A DNA stretch of 64,000 nucleotides from Zancudomyces culisetae HAW-14-8 (taxonomy: Eukaryota; Fungi; Kickxellomycota). Below the pieces are notes generated by a model. It had not been told where the DNA came from and made no database searches. It saw only the letters and a program-made list of their open reading frames with translations. The DNA lies in NCBI GenBank assembly GCA_052426225.1, contig JBNJNM010000021.1, positions 1,178,001 through 1,242,000 on the forward strand, in the 5' to 3' direction. Within the stretch, counting starts at the first letter, position 1; each line of letters begins with the position of its first letter. The position numbers and the translations under genes were made by a program. Shown in pieces: positions 1 to 8,598 of the stretch.

Positions 1-2536
1 AAAAGCTTTGAATTTCTTTAATGTTGTTTGGGTATGGTAGCTTAGAAATTGCTGCCGACTTTGATGGATCTGTCTCAATCCCCTTTTTAGAAATCGCGTG
101 GCCCAGATATGATATGCGCTGTTGGGCAAACACGCATTTCTCTTCGTTCAATTTTATTTTTGCCTCCTTAATTAAATCAAAAACTACTTTTATGTCTAAT
201 AAGTGTTGACTGAATGATGTGGAAAATACTACAATGTCGTCTATAAAGACGACCACTGATTTCCATAAAACAGGTTGTAAAATAGACTCCATTAGTCTTT
301 GAAAGGTCGCGGGACTATTGCTAAGTCCAAAGGGCATGACCTTATAACAATATAAACCTTCTCCAGGAAATGAAAAGGCTGTTTTTGTTTTATCAGCTTC
401 ACGAATTTTTACCTGCCAGAACCCACTAAGGGCGTCTAGCGTCGTAAAGAATTCTGCTCCAGCTAGAGCGTTAAAGATATCTGAAATGTTAGGTAAAGGA
501 TAGTTGTCTCTTCTGGTGATGGCGTTTAACTGGCGGTAATCTGAGCATACCCTTAATTTACCATTCTTTTTGACAATGGTTACCACTGGTGAGCACCAGT
601 CCGAGTGGCATCTTTCTATAACACCATTTTTTAGCATGGTAGCTAGTTCTTCTCTAACCTTAACCTGCATAGATTGAGGTACTCTATAAGGTCTCTGACG
701 AATGGGTTTGTGGTCCCCAGTGTCGATTGAGTGCTCGACTAAGTCTGTGCTTGTCAACTCTTCTAGTGATGAAGCAAATATGTCATTATAATGCACCAAT
801 AACTGTGCAATATCGTTTTCAACTTTGGGCTTATTTTCAACTAATGCTACTTCCTTGGCCCACCCGACTACCTCTTCGGGTTCTTCAACTATCGTTGAAA
901 TCTCTAATGAAACTGTGGAGTTATTATGTGGTATCATCACCTTATTATTGGTGATGTCTATAACTACGTTGTGCGTTTTGAGCCAGTCAACTTCAAGCAC
1001 GAATGTTTCCTTGTTGCTAGACATAATTAACAGGTCTGCAGGGAAGGTAATATTTTTAATATTTATGGGTACGTTCCATGCCTTCCCTATTGTGCGATGA
1101 ACGCTCCCATCAGCTGTCATGATAATTTCCTGGGATTTCTTATCCACTGAAAGTTTGAGGTCTGTGGCTAAAGCGTTGGTGACAACGCTGCAAGCTGCTC
1201 CTGTATCAATCACGACTTTACATTCTTGGTTAAATAGCCATATCTTTGCCCTACAATTTGTACTGGGCGCTTGAAATAGAGTTCCCAACTCTCTTGGCTC
1301 TTCATTATGGTTGTTCTCCCATACTTCTTTTAATTCTGCTCTTACAGTAGGCGATACCCTGATTAATTGATCTAAGGTGATGTTTGCTTTTACTGTTTTT
1401 ATATCTTTCCTAACAGAGTATTCTTGTCTCTCTGATTTTGCCTCGTATACTTTATTAATGTTTATGTTATTATCTTTTTGCATCCCTTCCTGGTCTGCCT
1501 TATTATTTAAAACTATACCTTTACTAATAATATTAAACTTATCCTGGCCTATTGCTTCGGGAATACTGACACTATGTTTAACTTTCTTGTAGTCTTCTCC
1601 TTTATCGCCGTCTAAGAGCTTGCGCTTCTCAATTATGCTCAGGTCACTCCAACGCTGCTCTAGGTCTGCTATAACGTCATTCTGAGTTCCTTGATATAAC
1701 TCAACTACGTTAACGTCCTTAAGTTTATCGGTGTAATTCGGGTTTCCACTTGCATTGTTTCTGATAGGGCACTGTGGGCTGATATGTCCTACTTCATTAC
1801 ACGTATAGCAGGTGACTCTTGGATATTTGGGATAGTAACTTGCCTCTACACTGTTTTCTTTAGCTTCTACTGGTGTCTTGAATTCTGGTTTTACTTTTTG
1901 TTTTACAACGTGTAAACCCCCTCTGTTATCATTGCGTACCGAACCTCTTGTGTCTTGTCGTACTTCTTGCTGCCTTCTGCTTCTTTGCTGACCGGCTGAG
2001 TATACATTATCCTGTATGAACTTTTCTAACTCCTCAAACTCAACGGCTTGTTGGACGGCTTCGTCGTACTTATTAACCTTGCTTTTCAGTATTTCGGTCT
2101 GGTATTGCGGCAATAAAGCGGTCATTAGACATTGATACATGATGGCGTCATCTTTTACTTGTGCCGATGAGAACAATCTTTCTAGTCGTGCTACAAACTC
2201 TTCCACACTCTCCATTGAGTATTGTCTTATCCGTTGTAAGGCACGCCACGAGTTTAGTACAGAATCTTTGATATCAAACTTCTTTAAAAATTCTGTCTTA
2301 TACTCATCCCAAGTGTTGACTTTGACTGCTGTCCTCTCATTCCACAAGTATATCCTATTTCCAAAATATACCTCAATGTATTCCAGTTTATCTTCAGCTG
2401 TCCAGTTTTCGCTGCGGCCGAATAACTCAAATTTCTTCATCCATATAGCTGCATTCTGGTCCGGCAAGTTGTTAAATACAGGTGGTTCACTAACTCTTAC
2501 TGTCCTGAAGACTTGGCTTTCCTTCACCCCTATCAT
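1..2536 (-). CDS. Gag-Pol polyprotein of element A (gag, CCHC knuckle, aspartic protease, RT; runs off the window)
   Basis: ATG at 2536 gives MIGVKESQVFRTVRVSEPPVFNNLPDQNAAIWMKKFELF, aligning with C's MIGNTVRTARHMEPPVFNNSADQNATLWIKRFELF. Protease VIDTGAACSV (~1190-1215) and RT VFIDD (~236-250) are present, and the same frame is read at position 1 (...IKEIQSF). It is absent from the ORF track, consistent with no stop inside the window. Confidence 0.9.
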   Translation of the reverse strand, partial: MIGVKESQVFRTVRVSEPPVFNNLPDQNAAIWMKKFELFGRSENWTAEDKLEYIEVYFGNRIYLWNERTAVKVNTWDEYKTEFLKKFDIKDSVLNSWRALQRIRQYSMESVEEFVARLERLFSSAQVKDDAIMYQCLMTALLPQYQTEILKSKVNKYDEAVQQAVEFEELEKFIQDNVYSAGQQRSRRQQEVRQDTRGSVRNDNRGGLHVVKQKVKPEFKTPVEAKENSVEASYYPKYPRVTCYTCNEVGHISPQCPIRNNASGNPNYTDKLKDVNVVELYQGTQNDVIADLEQRWSDLSIIEKRKLLDGDKGEDYKKVKHSVSIPEAIGQDKFNIISKGIVLNNKADQEGMQKDNNININKVYEAKSERQEYSVRKDIKTVKANITLDQLIRVSPTVRAELKEVWENNHNEEPRELGTLFQAPSTNCRAKIWLFNQECKVVIDTGAACSVVTNALATDLKLSVDKKSQEIIMTADGSVHRTIGKAWNVPINIKNITFPADLLIMSSNKETFVLEVDWLKTHNVVIDITNNKVMIPHNNSTVSLEISTIVEEPEEVVGWAKEVALVENKPKVENDIAQLLVHYNDIFASSLEELTSTDLVEHSIDTGDHKPIRQRPYRVPQSMQVKVREELATMLKNGVIERCHSDWCSPVVTIVKKNGKLRVCSDYRQLNAITRRDNYPLPNISDIFNALAGAEFFTTLDALSGFWQVKIREADKTKTAFSFPGEGLYCYKVMPFGLSNSPATFQRLMESILQPVLWKSVVVFIDDIVVFSTSFSQHLLDIKVVFDLIKEAKIKLNEEKCVFAQQRISYLGHAISKKGIETDPSKSAAISKLPYPNNIKEIQSF

Positions 2537-2686
2537 TTCCTTGATATCCTTGGTGTACTCTGCCTTTTCTGTCAGCTCTGGCTTTTCAGCTTGTTCTGTT
2601 TGTTCTGATCTGTTCTGGTCTGGTTTGGTCTTGTCTTGTCTTGCCTTGATTGTCTGACTTGACTGTCTGGTTTGGCTCGGGTTTGG

Positions 2687-2703
2687 TCCTGGCTGGATCA
2701 CCA
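2687..2703 (-). promoter_or_regulatory. Primer-binding site of element A (TGGTGATCCAGCCAGGA), probably tRNA-Arg
   Basis: Complement reads T-CCTGG-CTGGATC-A-CCA, the geometry of a tRNA 3' end (T-stem, acceptor strand, discriminator, CCA). Identical to element C's PBS. Isoacceptor assignment is an inference. Confidence 0.85.
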
Positions 2704-2725
2704 TAATTTATATTATATATATAAC

Positions 2726-3100
2726 TGTCGTATAAATATAGTATAAGTAAAACTGTATTTGAGAACTGATGTTGTTTTATTTTAGAAATACTAAACCTTA
2801 TATATAAATTCTGTAAAAAATATAATCCTAATAAAATACTTTAATCATATAAATTTTATGATAACATGTGAAATAATAATAATCTGAAACAAGTAAATGA
2901 AACATAAGCTAAAATTGTAAATCCAGTCATTAAAATTTATAAACGTGTTGGGGATGATTTTCTCAACTGTCGATCCATCTGAAATGCTTTGTCATGCGGA
3001 TTTACGGGAATGTAACGTGAATTTAATCTAACCATCTTAGCAATTTATTAAAAACCCAGTGGGAAAAAATTATAAATTGCGGTGATTAAAATTCACGACA
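2726..3100 (-). repeat. 5' LTR of element A (375 bp)
   Basis: TG...CA termini with TGTCG/CGACA inverted repeat; the last ~90 bp closely resemble the LTRs of element C. Confidence 0.9.
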
Positions 3101-3103
3101 ACA

Positions 3104-3477
3104 TGTCATATAGTACCCTTATTTTCTAATATGTTTATTTTTATTTAGTTGTTTAGTGAAATTTTTCTAGTTAATTTTGGGTTTAAAATATATTTAGTTT
3201 TTTATTGGATAAAATTACGTAAGTGGTAAACAGTCAAAATTGAATGCACTTAGAATTTTATCATAGTATGTTTATATGGTTTTGGTAGGTTTTTGTGAGA
3301 GTTTTACTATCAGATTTTTTCAGTTTAATTATTAGTAATAAAGGATTCTAACACACAATATATCTAATAAGGCTTCTAGGCTTAAAGAGTATTTAGTTAT
3401 AAGGTAATACTAAGTAATAGAAGATAGTTTATATTGCTACAACATTATAATATATAAATAAAGCTATTTATATGACA
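3104..3477 (+). repeat. 5' LTR of element B (374 bp)
   Basis: TGTCATATA...TATATGACA; direct repeat of 7833-8206. Confidence 0.97.
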
Positions 3478-3478
3478 G

Positions 3479-3499
3479 TGGTGCCTTCTGTCGGAATCG
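3479..3499 (+). promoter_or_regulatory. Primer-binding site of element B (TGGTGCCTTCTGTCGGAATCG), possibly tRNA-Thr
   Basis: 1 nt after the LTR; complement CGATT-CCGAC-AGAAGGC-A-CCA fits T-loop/T-stem/acceptor/CCA geometry. Isoacceptor is an inference. Confidence 0.9.
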
Positions 3500-3518
3500 T
3501 GGATAATATTAATTAAAA

Positions 3519-6500
3519 ATGGATAAAGTTACAATCTTTGAGAGTGGAAATGGTACTAGTGCCGAAGACTGGTTAGAAGATTTCCAGCTCATTGCGAAAA
3601 TTAACAAGTGGAATCCTGCAGATTGGGTAGGATTAGTTAAATTGTGGCTGGGGAAGTCTGAAACTATCTGGTACAAGCGGAATAAGAAGAGTTTCACTAC
3701 TTGGGAGGCATTCTCAAAGGAGTTTACTAAAAAGTTTAGTTCTGTTTTAACGACTAGTAGAGCCTGGAGTAGACTAGGGACCATCAAGCGAACAGATTTC
3801 GGTAGTCTAGACGAGTTGGAGATGGAACTAGAAAAGTTATGGGATCAGGTAGGTATTAAGGAAGAAGTGACCAAGTTGGGTTCACTTATTAGCACTTTCT
3901 CGGATGATATTCGAGAAAAGCTGGCAGACAGGGACGATTTGACATTGGAGCAAGTGATTCAGTTGGTTACTAAGCTGGAGCAAGGAAGTAGTATCAAGAA
4001 TGATGTTCAGCAATCTGGGAAGCCTACTAAGGCATCAACTAAGAATGCCGCTTCTAGAGCAGGAAAATCTGTAAAAGATCTTACAACAGAATCCGCACAG
4101 TTTGGTGAATTCCTAAGAACGTTTCAAGACCTTAGTGTTAGTCTCTTAGAAAAGTTAGACAAGACAGTAGTGGCGAATAACACGTCAAGAAGTAGCGCTA
4201 AAGTCGAGCGCCCAAACACGTGGGAGTGTTACTATTGCCATGCAAAAGGGCATAGGAGATTCGAGTGTCCTCAACTGAAGTCAGAGAGTTCAGATAAAAA
4301 TGTGAATTATATATCAGTGGATAAACAAGTACTGGAATCTGATGAAGTTCTTATGGTGGAAAAGAGAAAGGCAGATGAACAATTGGTGAGGGTAGGAAGA
4401 CCTGTGAAATCTCGCAATACTAGTGAACAGGAGGATAGTGGAGCTCGTATTGAAAAGGTAAACCGCCCTGGCGTGCCAAGCGTTGAAAAAAATAAAAGTT
4501 TTAATTTAAGAGAGGAGTTAGAAAAAGTTTACCCTAAGATTAGTATGATTCAGCTGTTACAAAATTCAGAAAAAATTGCTGAGGATTGGAGAAATATAGC
4601 TGAAGTAGCACCTAGGGCAGCGATTAATGAGATTAGGTTACAGGAGAAAACTACTACAAACTGTAGTATGACGGTGGAAATTTATCAGTTACAATGGAAG
4701 GCGGTGGTGGACACCGGTGCAGCTTGTTCAGTGATAACCACGGGTGCGCTGAATAAGATTGGATTGGAACCAAACCATAAGAGCTCACATGTTATTATCA
4801 CTGCAGACGGTAAAAGACATGAAACTCTAGGTGTGGTTACTGAAGTTCCTATTATGATAAGCAGGATAGAGTTTAAGGCTTCGTTGGTAGTACTAGGCAA
4901 CGCGATACCAACTATTATATTGGGTATGGACTGGCTTTTGAAACATAAAGCAAGTATAAATCTAGCAATACCTGAATTAAGACTTCCAGTTGATCGGGCT
5001 GAGGTTGTTACGCAGTTGGTAACAACTAAAGAAAGTGCCAAGCCACGGGAAGAATGGGATTTATACCTAGTCACAGAAGCGCCGGTTGGTATACAGGGAG
5101 AATTATCTAGTGGGTTAAAAGCAGTTTTACAAGATTATGAAAAATTATTTGTAGAAGATATTGATCAGCTAAAGCAAACGGACGTGACAGAACACAAGAT
5201 TTTACTCACAGAAAACAGACCTATAAAGCAGCGTCCATATAGGATTCCTTTCCGTTTACAAGAGGAGGTGGGTAAAGAAATTGATAGAATGTTGGCTCAA
5301 AATGTTATAGCGCCCAGCAACGCGGAATGGTGCTCTCCGGTTGTAGTGGTTCAGAAAAAAAATGGTAAGTTGCGCATATGCGCTGATTATCGAAAACTCA
5401 ACGCGGTAACAATTAAAGATTCGTACCCGTTGCCGATAATTCAAGATTTGTTTATGGCCTTAGCCGGTGCGTGCATCTTTACAACTTTAGATGCGCTCAG
5501 CGGTTTTTGGCAAGTTAAAATGGCTGAAAACGATAAAGAAAAAACTACATTTGCATTGCCAGGAGGAGGATGCTATTATTATAATGTCATGCCTTTTGGG
5601 TTGACGAATAGCCCCTCAACATTTCAGCGTACAATGGAAACGGTTCTTAAAAAAGTGTTGTGGAAGAAAGCTGTGGTTTTTGTGGACGATATTATTGTCT
5701 TTTCAAAAAGTCTTGAGTGTCACGAACAGGATTTAAGAGAGATATTAGGGCTTTTAGAAGAAGGAAAAATACAATTACATAAGGATAAATGCAAGATAGG
5801 ACTAACAGAAATAGATTACTTAGGTCATGTAATTTCTGGTAAGGGGATTGCTACAAGTACAGACAAGATTGAGGCAATAACTAAAATGAGACCACCATCT
5901 AGCGTTAAGGAAGTGCAGTCATTTTTAGGTATGACTGGCTATTATAGAAAATTTATAGAACGATATGCAGTTTTGGCAGGTCCGTTAACACAGTTGTTAA
6001 AGAAAGGAGTTAAATGGAATTGGGGGTCACAGCAAGAAGAAGCCTTTCAGAAAATGAAAAAAGTGATGACAGAGGCTCCTATACTCGCGCATCCAGATTG
6101 GGATCACCCGTTTATAGTTACGACCGACGCTGCAGTTAGTGGAGTAGGGGCTATATTATCTCAAGTAATAGATGGTAAAGAAAGACCAGTAGAGTTTGCA
6201 AGTCGCACGACAAACAAGGCGGAGAGAAACTACTCTATAAGTCACTTAGAGGGTTTGGCGGTCATATGGGCAGTTAAAAAGTTTAAGTTTTATTTATATG
6301 GTAGAAAATTTACTATAAAAACAGATCATAAAGCACTTTTAAATATGTTTAACGGGACAGAATTAAGTGGTAGGCTCGCCAGATGGGCAATGTTCCTAAG
6401 AAACTATGAGTTTGAAATAGTACATATAGCAGGAAAGATTAACCCAGCCGACCATTTGTCAAGAAACGGAGTTTCACAGGGGCAGGAAGAAGATTCAATC

Positions 6501-6782
6501 GAGGTATTTACTATGAAGTATAACGAAGACGATTTAGTGAAACAATTTTTATTAGAAGGTGCGCTGCCTAAGGACTTGACTGAAGAAGATATTCTAAAAA
6601 TAACCAAGAAAGCAAAATCGTATTTATTGAAGGATGGAATAATTTACAAGTGGGTTAAAGGAAAGCTTAAAAAAGTTATCTCAGAAGTCGAAGGTTTGGA
6701 ATTAATAAAGAGTGTGCACGACGAAACACACGAGGGTATAGAGAATACCTGGATTAGAGTAAGTAATCGAACACGTAGGTAG
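3519..6782 (+). CDS. Gag-Pol polyprotein of element B (single ORF: gag, CCHC, protease, RT, RNase H, start of integrase)
   Basis: CYYCHAKGHRRFEC knuckle, VVDTGAACS protease, RT motifs DYRKLN / MPFGL / VFVDD, RNase H TDAA...TDHKAL, integrase H-x3-H. Confidence 0.95.
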   Translation: MDKVTIFESGNGTSAEDWLEDFQLIAKINKWNPADWVGLVKLWLGKSETIWYKRNKKSFTTWEAFSKEFTKKFSSVLTTSRAWSRLGTIKRTDFGSLDELEMELEKLWDQVGIKEEVTKLGSLISTFSDDIREKLADRDDLTLEQVIQLVTKLEQGSSIKNDVQQSGKPTKASTKNAASRAGKSVKDLTTESAQFGEFLRTFQDLSVSLLEKLDKTVVANNTSRSSAKVERPNTWECYYCHAKGHRRFECPQLKSESSDKNVNYISVDKQVLESDEVLMVEKRKADEQLVRVGRPVKSRNTSEQEDSGARIEKVNRPGVPSVEKNKSFNLREELEKVYPKISMIQLLQNSEKIAEDWRNIAEVAPRAAINEIRLQEKTTTNCSMTVEIYQLQWKAVVDTGAACSVITTGALNKIGLEPNHKSSHVIITADGKRHETLGVVTEVPIMISRIEFKASLVVLGNAIPTIILGMDWLLKHKASINLAIPELRLPVDRAEVVTQLVTTKESAKPREEWDLYLVTEAPVGIQGELSSGLKAVLQDYEKLFVEDIDQLKQTDVTEHKILLTENRPIKQRPYRIPFRLQEEVGKEIDRMLAQNVIAPSNAEWCSPVVVVQKKNGKLRICADYRKLNAVTIKDSYPLPIIQDLFMALAGACIFTTLDALSGFWQVKMAENDKEKTTFALPGGGCYYYNVMPFGLTNSPSTFQRTMETVLKKVLWKKAVVFVDDIIVFSKSLECHEQDLREILGLLEEGKIQLHKDKCKIGLTEIDYLGHVISGKGIATSTDKIEAITKMRPPSSVKEVQSFLGMTGYYRKFIERYAVLAGPLTQLLKKGVKWNWGSQQEEAFQKMKKVMTEAPILAHPDWDHPFIVTTDAAVSGVGAILSQVIDGKERPVEFASRTTNKAERNYSISHLEGLAVIWAVKKFKFYLYGRKFTIKTDHKALLNMFNGTELSGRLARWAMFLRNYEFEIVHIAGKINPADHLSRNGVSQGQEEDSIEVFTMKYNEDDLVKQFLLEGALPKDLTEEDILKITKKAKSYLLKDGIIYKWVKGKLKKVISEVEGLELIKSVHDETHEGIENTWIRVSNRTRR

Positions 6783-7803
6783 AGGTTTATACAAGCAGGT
6801 AACGGACTATGTGAAGCGGTGTCACACCTGCCAGGTGTTCAAGGATGGGCGAAGCAGAAAACATCCTTTGGAGCCGATTCATGCAGTGAAGCGTTTGAAG
6901 TTCTGGGTATGGACGCGATTGGTCCTATCAACCCAGTATCAGAATCGGGAAACCGTTATATCCTAACAGCGATTGACTATTGTACTAAATGGCCTATCGC
7001 CATTCCCGTCGACAACCTACTCAGTGAGACAATAGTGGATTTTGTTATTAATAATATTGTTACGTACTATGGAGTACCCCAGAAGATCATAACAGACAGG
7101 GGATCTAGTTTTGTTAGCAACATAACAACGGAAGTATTTGAATGGCTAAAGATTAATCACAGTCCAACAACTTCATACCGTCCGCAAAGTAACGGACAGG
7201 TTGAGAGGTTGAATAAAACATTGATGAACTTACTTCAAAAAATCAGCCGCAAGGACAAGGGCAACTGGGGACCGATACTTGTGGAAGGTTTTGTTGATTA
7301 TGAGGACTATGCAGAGTAAAAGTACAGGTTACACACCAGCAGAAATGATGTACGTACGGACATGTTAATACCTTCGACTTGGCAAACGAACGGTATCGTC
7401 GAGGATGAAGTAGAACAGATTGAAAGTAGGTTAAATTGATGCAAAGTAACTTACCCACCGCAGTTGAGAAAGATTGGAGTTCAAAAATCCGTTGCAGCTA
7501 AAGAAGCAGAGAAAGTAAGGTATAATAAATCAGTTAAATTTACTAAATTTCAAGTTGGTGATAAGGTATTAAAATTAGTTGAGTACGAGCGGGGTAAGTT
7601 GGAAAGTCTATGGGAAGGGCCTTTTACTATTCTTAAACGTTTCACGAAGGGTGCTTACCTCATTTCAGATCAATCTCGGGAATCGTGATTTAGTAAATGG
7701 AGATTTACTAAAGCTATATTATGAATCGAAGTTTATGATTCCTGAAATTACCAGTCGTCTCAGGCCCAAGTTGCATACCTATAAACAAGTTCGACAAAAT
7801 TGA
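6700..7803 (+). pseudogene. Integrase of element B, broken by several indels
   Basis: HH...CHTC zinc finger, DDE core (GMDAIGP, ITDRG, QVER) and GPF module (WEGPF) are spread over different frames, with indels near 6766, 6887, 7270, 7353 (GTAC duplication) and 7675. Confidence 0.85.
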
Positions 7804-7817
7804 GGACATTTTCGGTT

Positions 7818-7829
7818 GAGAGGGGGGGG
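7818..7829 (+). other. Polypurine tract of element B
   Basis: GAGAGGGGGGGG, 3 nt before the 3' LTR. Confidence 0.9.
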
Positions 7830-7832
7830 TGC

Positions 7833-8206
7833 TGTCATATAGTACCCTTATTTTCTAATATGTTTATTTTTATTTAGTTGTTTAGTGAAATTTTTCTAGT
7901 TAATTTTGGGTTTAAAATATATTTAGTTTTTTATTGGATAAAATTACGTAAGTGGTAAACAGTCAAAATTGAATGCACTTAGAATTTTATCATAGTATGT
8001 TTATATGGTTTTGGTAGGTTTTTGTGAGAGTTTTACTATCAGATTTTTTCAGTTTAATTATTAGTAATAAAGGATTCTAACACACAATATATCTAATAAG
8101 GCTTCTAGGCTTAAAGAGTATTTAGTTATAAGGTAATACTAAGTAATAGAAGATAGTTTATATTGCTACAACATTATAATATATAAATAAAGCTATTTAT
8201 ATGACA
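7833..8206 (+). repeat. 3' LTR of element B (374 bp)
   Basis: Direct repeat of 3104-3477. Confidence 0.97.
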
Positions 8207-8213
8207 AACAACA

Positions 8214-8584
8214 TGTCGTGTGAATATTATAGTTTTATATTTTTATTTGCTTAAGTCATCTCCAAAACTAGATAGAAATTATTTGCCCTATATATAATTT
8301 TTTGGGTCTAACGAAATACTACTATAATAAATTTAATTATAAAGTTATAACTGTTTTAAACATGTGAAATATGAATTATAATAATATTATTGAAACAGGG
8401 GGTTTCCTTTGTTGAATGGGAAAAGATGTTGTAAATCATTTATAGATGATTCCCATGACTCATCTATGACAGTGTGATTCTCAGATTTACAAGGATGTTA
8501 CGTGAATTTAATTTAACCATCTTTGCAATTTATTAAAAACCCATTGGGAAAAAACATAAATTGCGATGATTTAAATTCACGACA
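8214..8584 (-). repeat. 3' LTR of element C (371 bp)
   Basis: Direct repeat of 13117-13487; TGTCGTG...CACGACA termini. Confidence 0.97.
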
Positions 8585-8586
8585 GA

Positions 8587-8593
8587 CCCCCTC
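8587..8593 (-). other. Short polypurine tract of element C (GAGGGGG)
   Basis: 2 nt before the 3' LTR on the minus strand, just after the integrase stop. Confidence 0.8.
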
Positions 8594-8598
8594 GCATG

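Larger units (their letters stand above)
1..3100 (-). mobile_element. Ty3/Gypsy LTR retrotransposon 'A' (5' part only; 3' part beyond the window start); same family as element C
   Basis: 5' LTR 2726-3100 (TGTCG...CACGACA), PBS 2687-2703, gag-pol reading frame clearly homologous to element C. Confidence 0.95.
3104..8206 (+). mobile_element. Full-length Ty3/Gypsy LTR retrotransposon 'B' (5103 bp)
   Basis: Two 374-bp LTRs identical by eye, PBS, PPT, gag-PR-RT-RH-IN order, 4-bp TSD AACA (3100-3103 and 8207-8210). Confidence 0.97.

Noticed and set aside
21-2657. Plus-strand ORFs of 62-172 aa over element A, and similar ORFs over B and C
   Set aside because: Antisense shadows of gag-pol.
5670-5700. 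F[VI]DD instead of YxDD in the reverse transcriptases
   Set aside because: Common variant in Ty3/Gypsy RTs.
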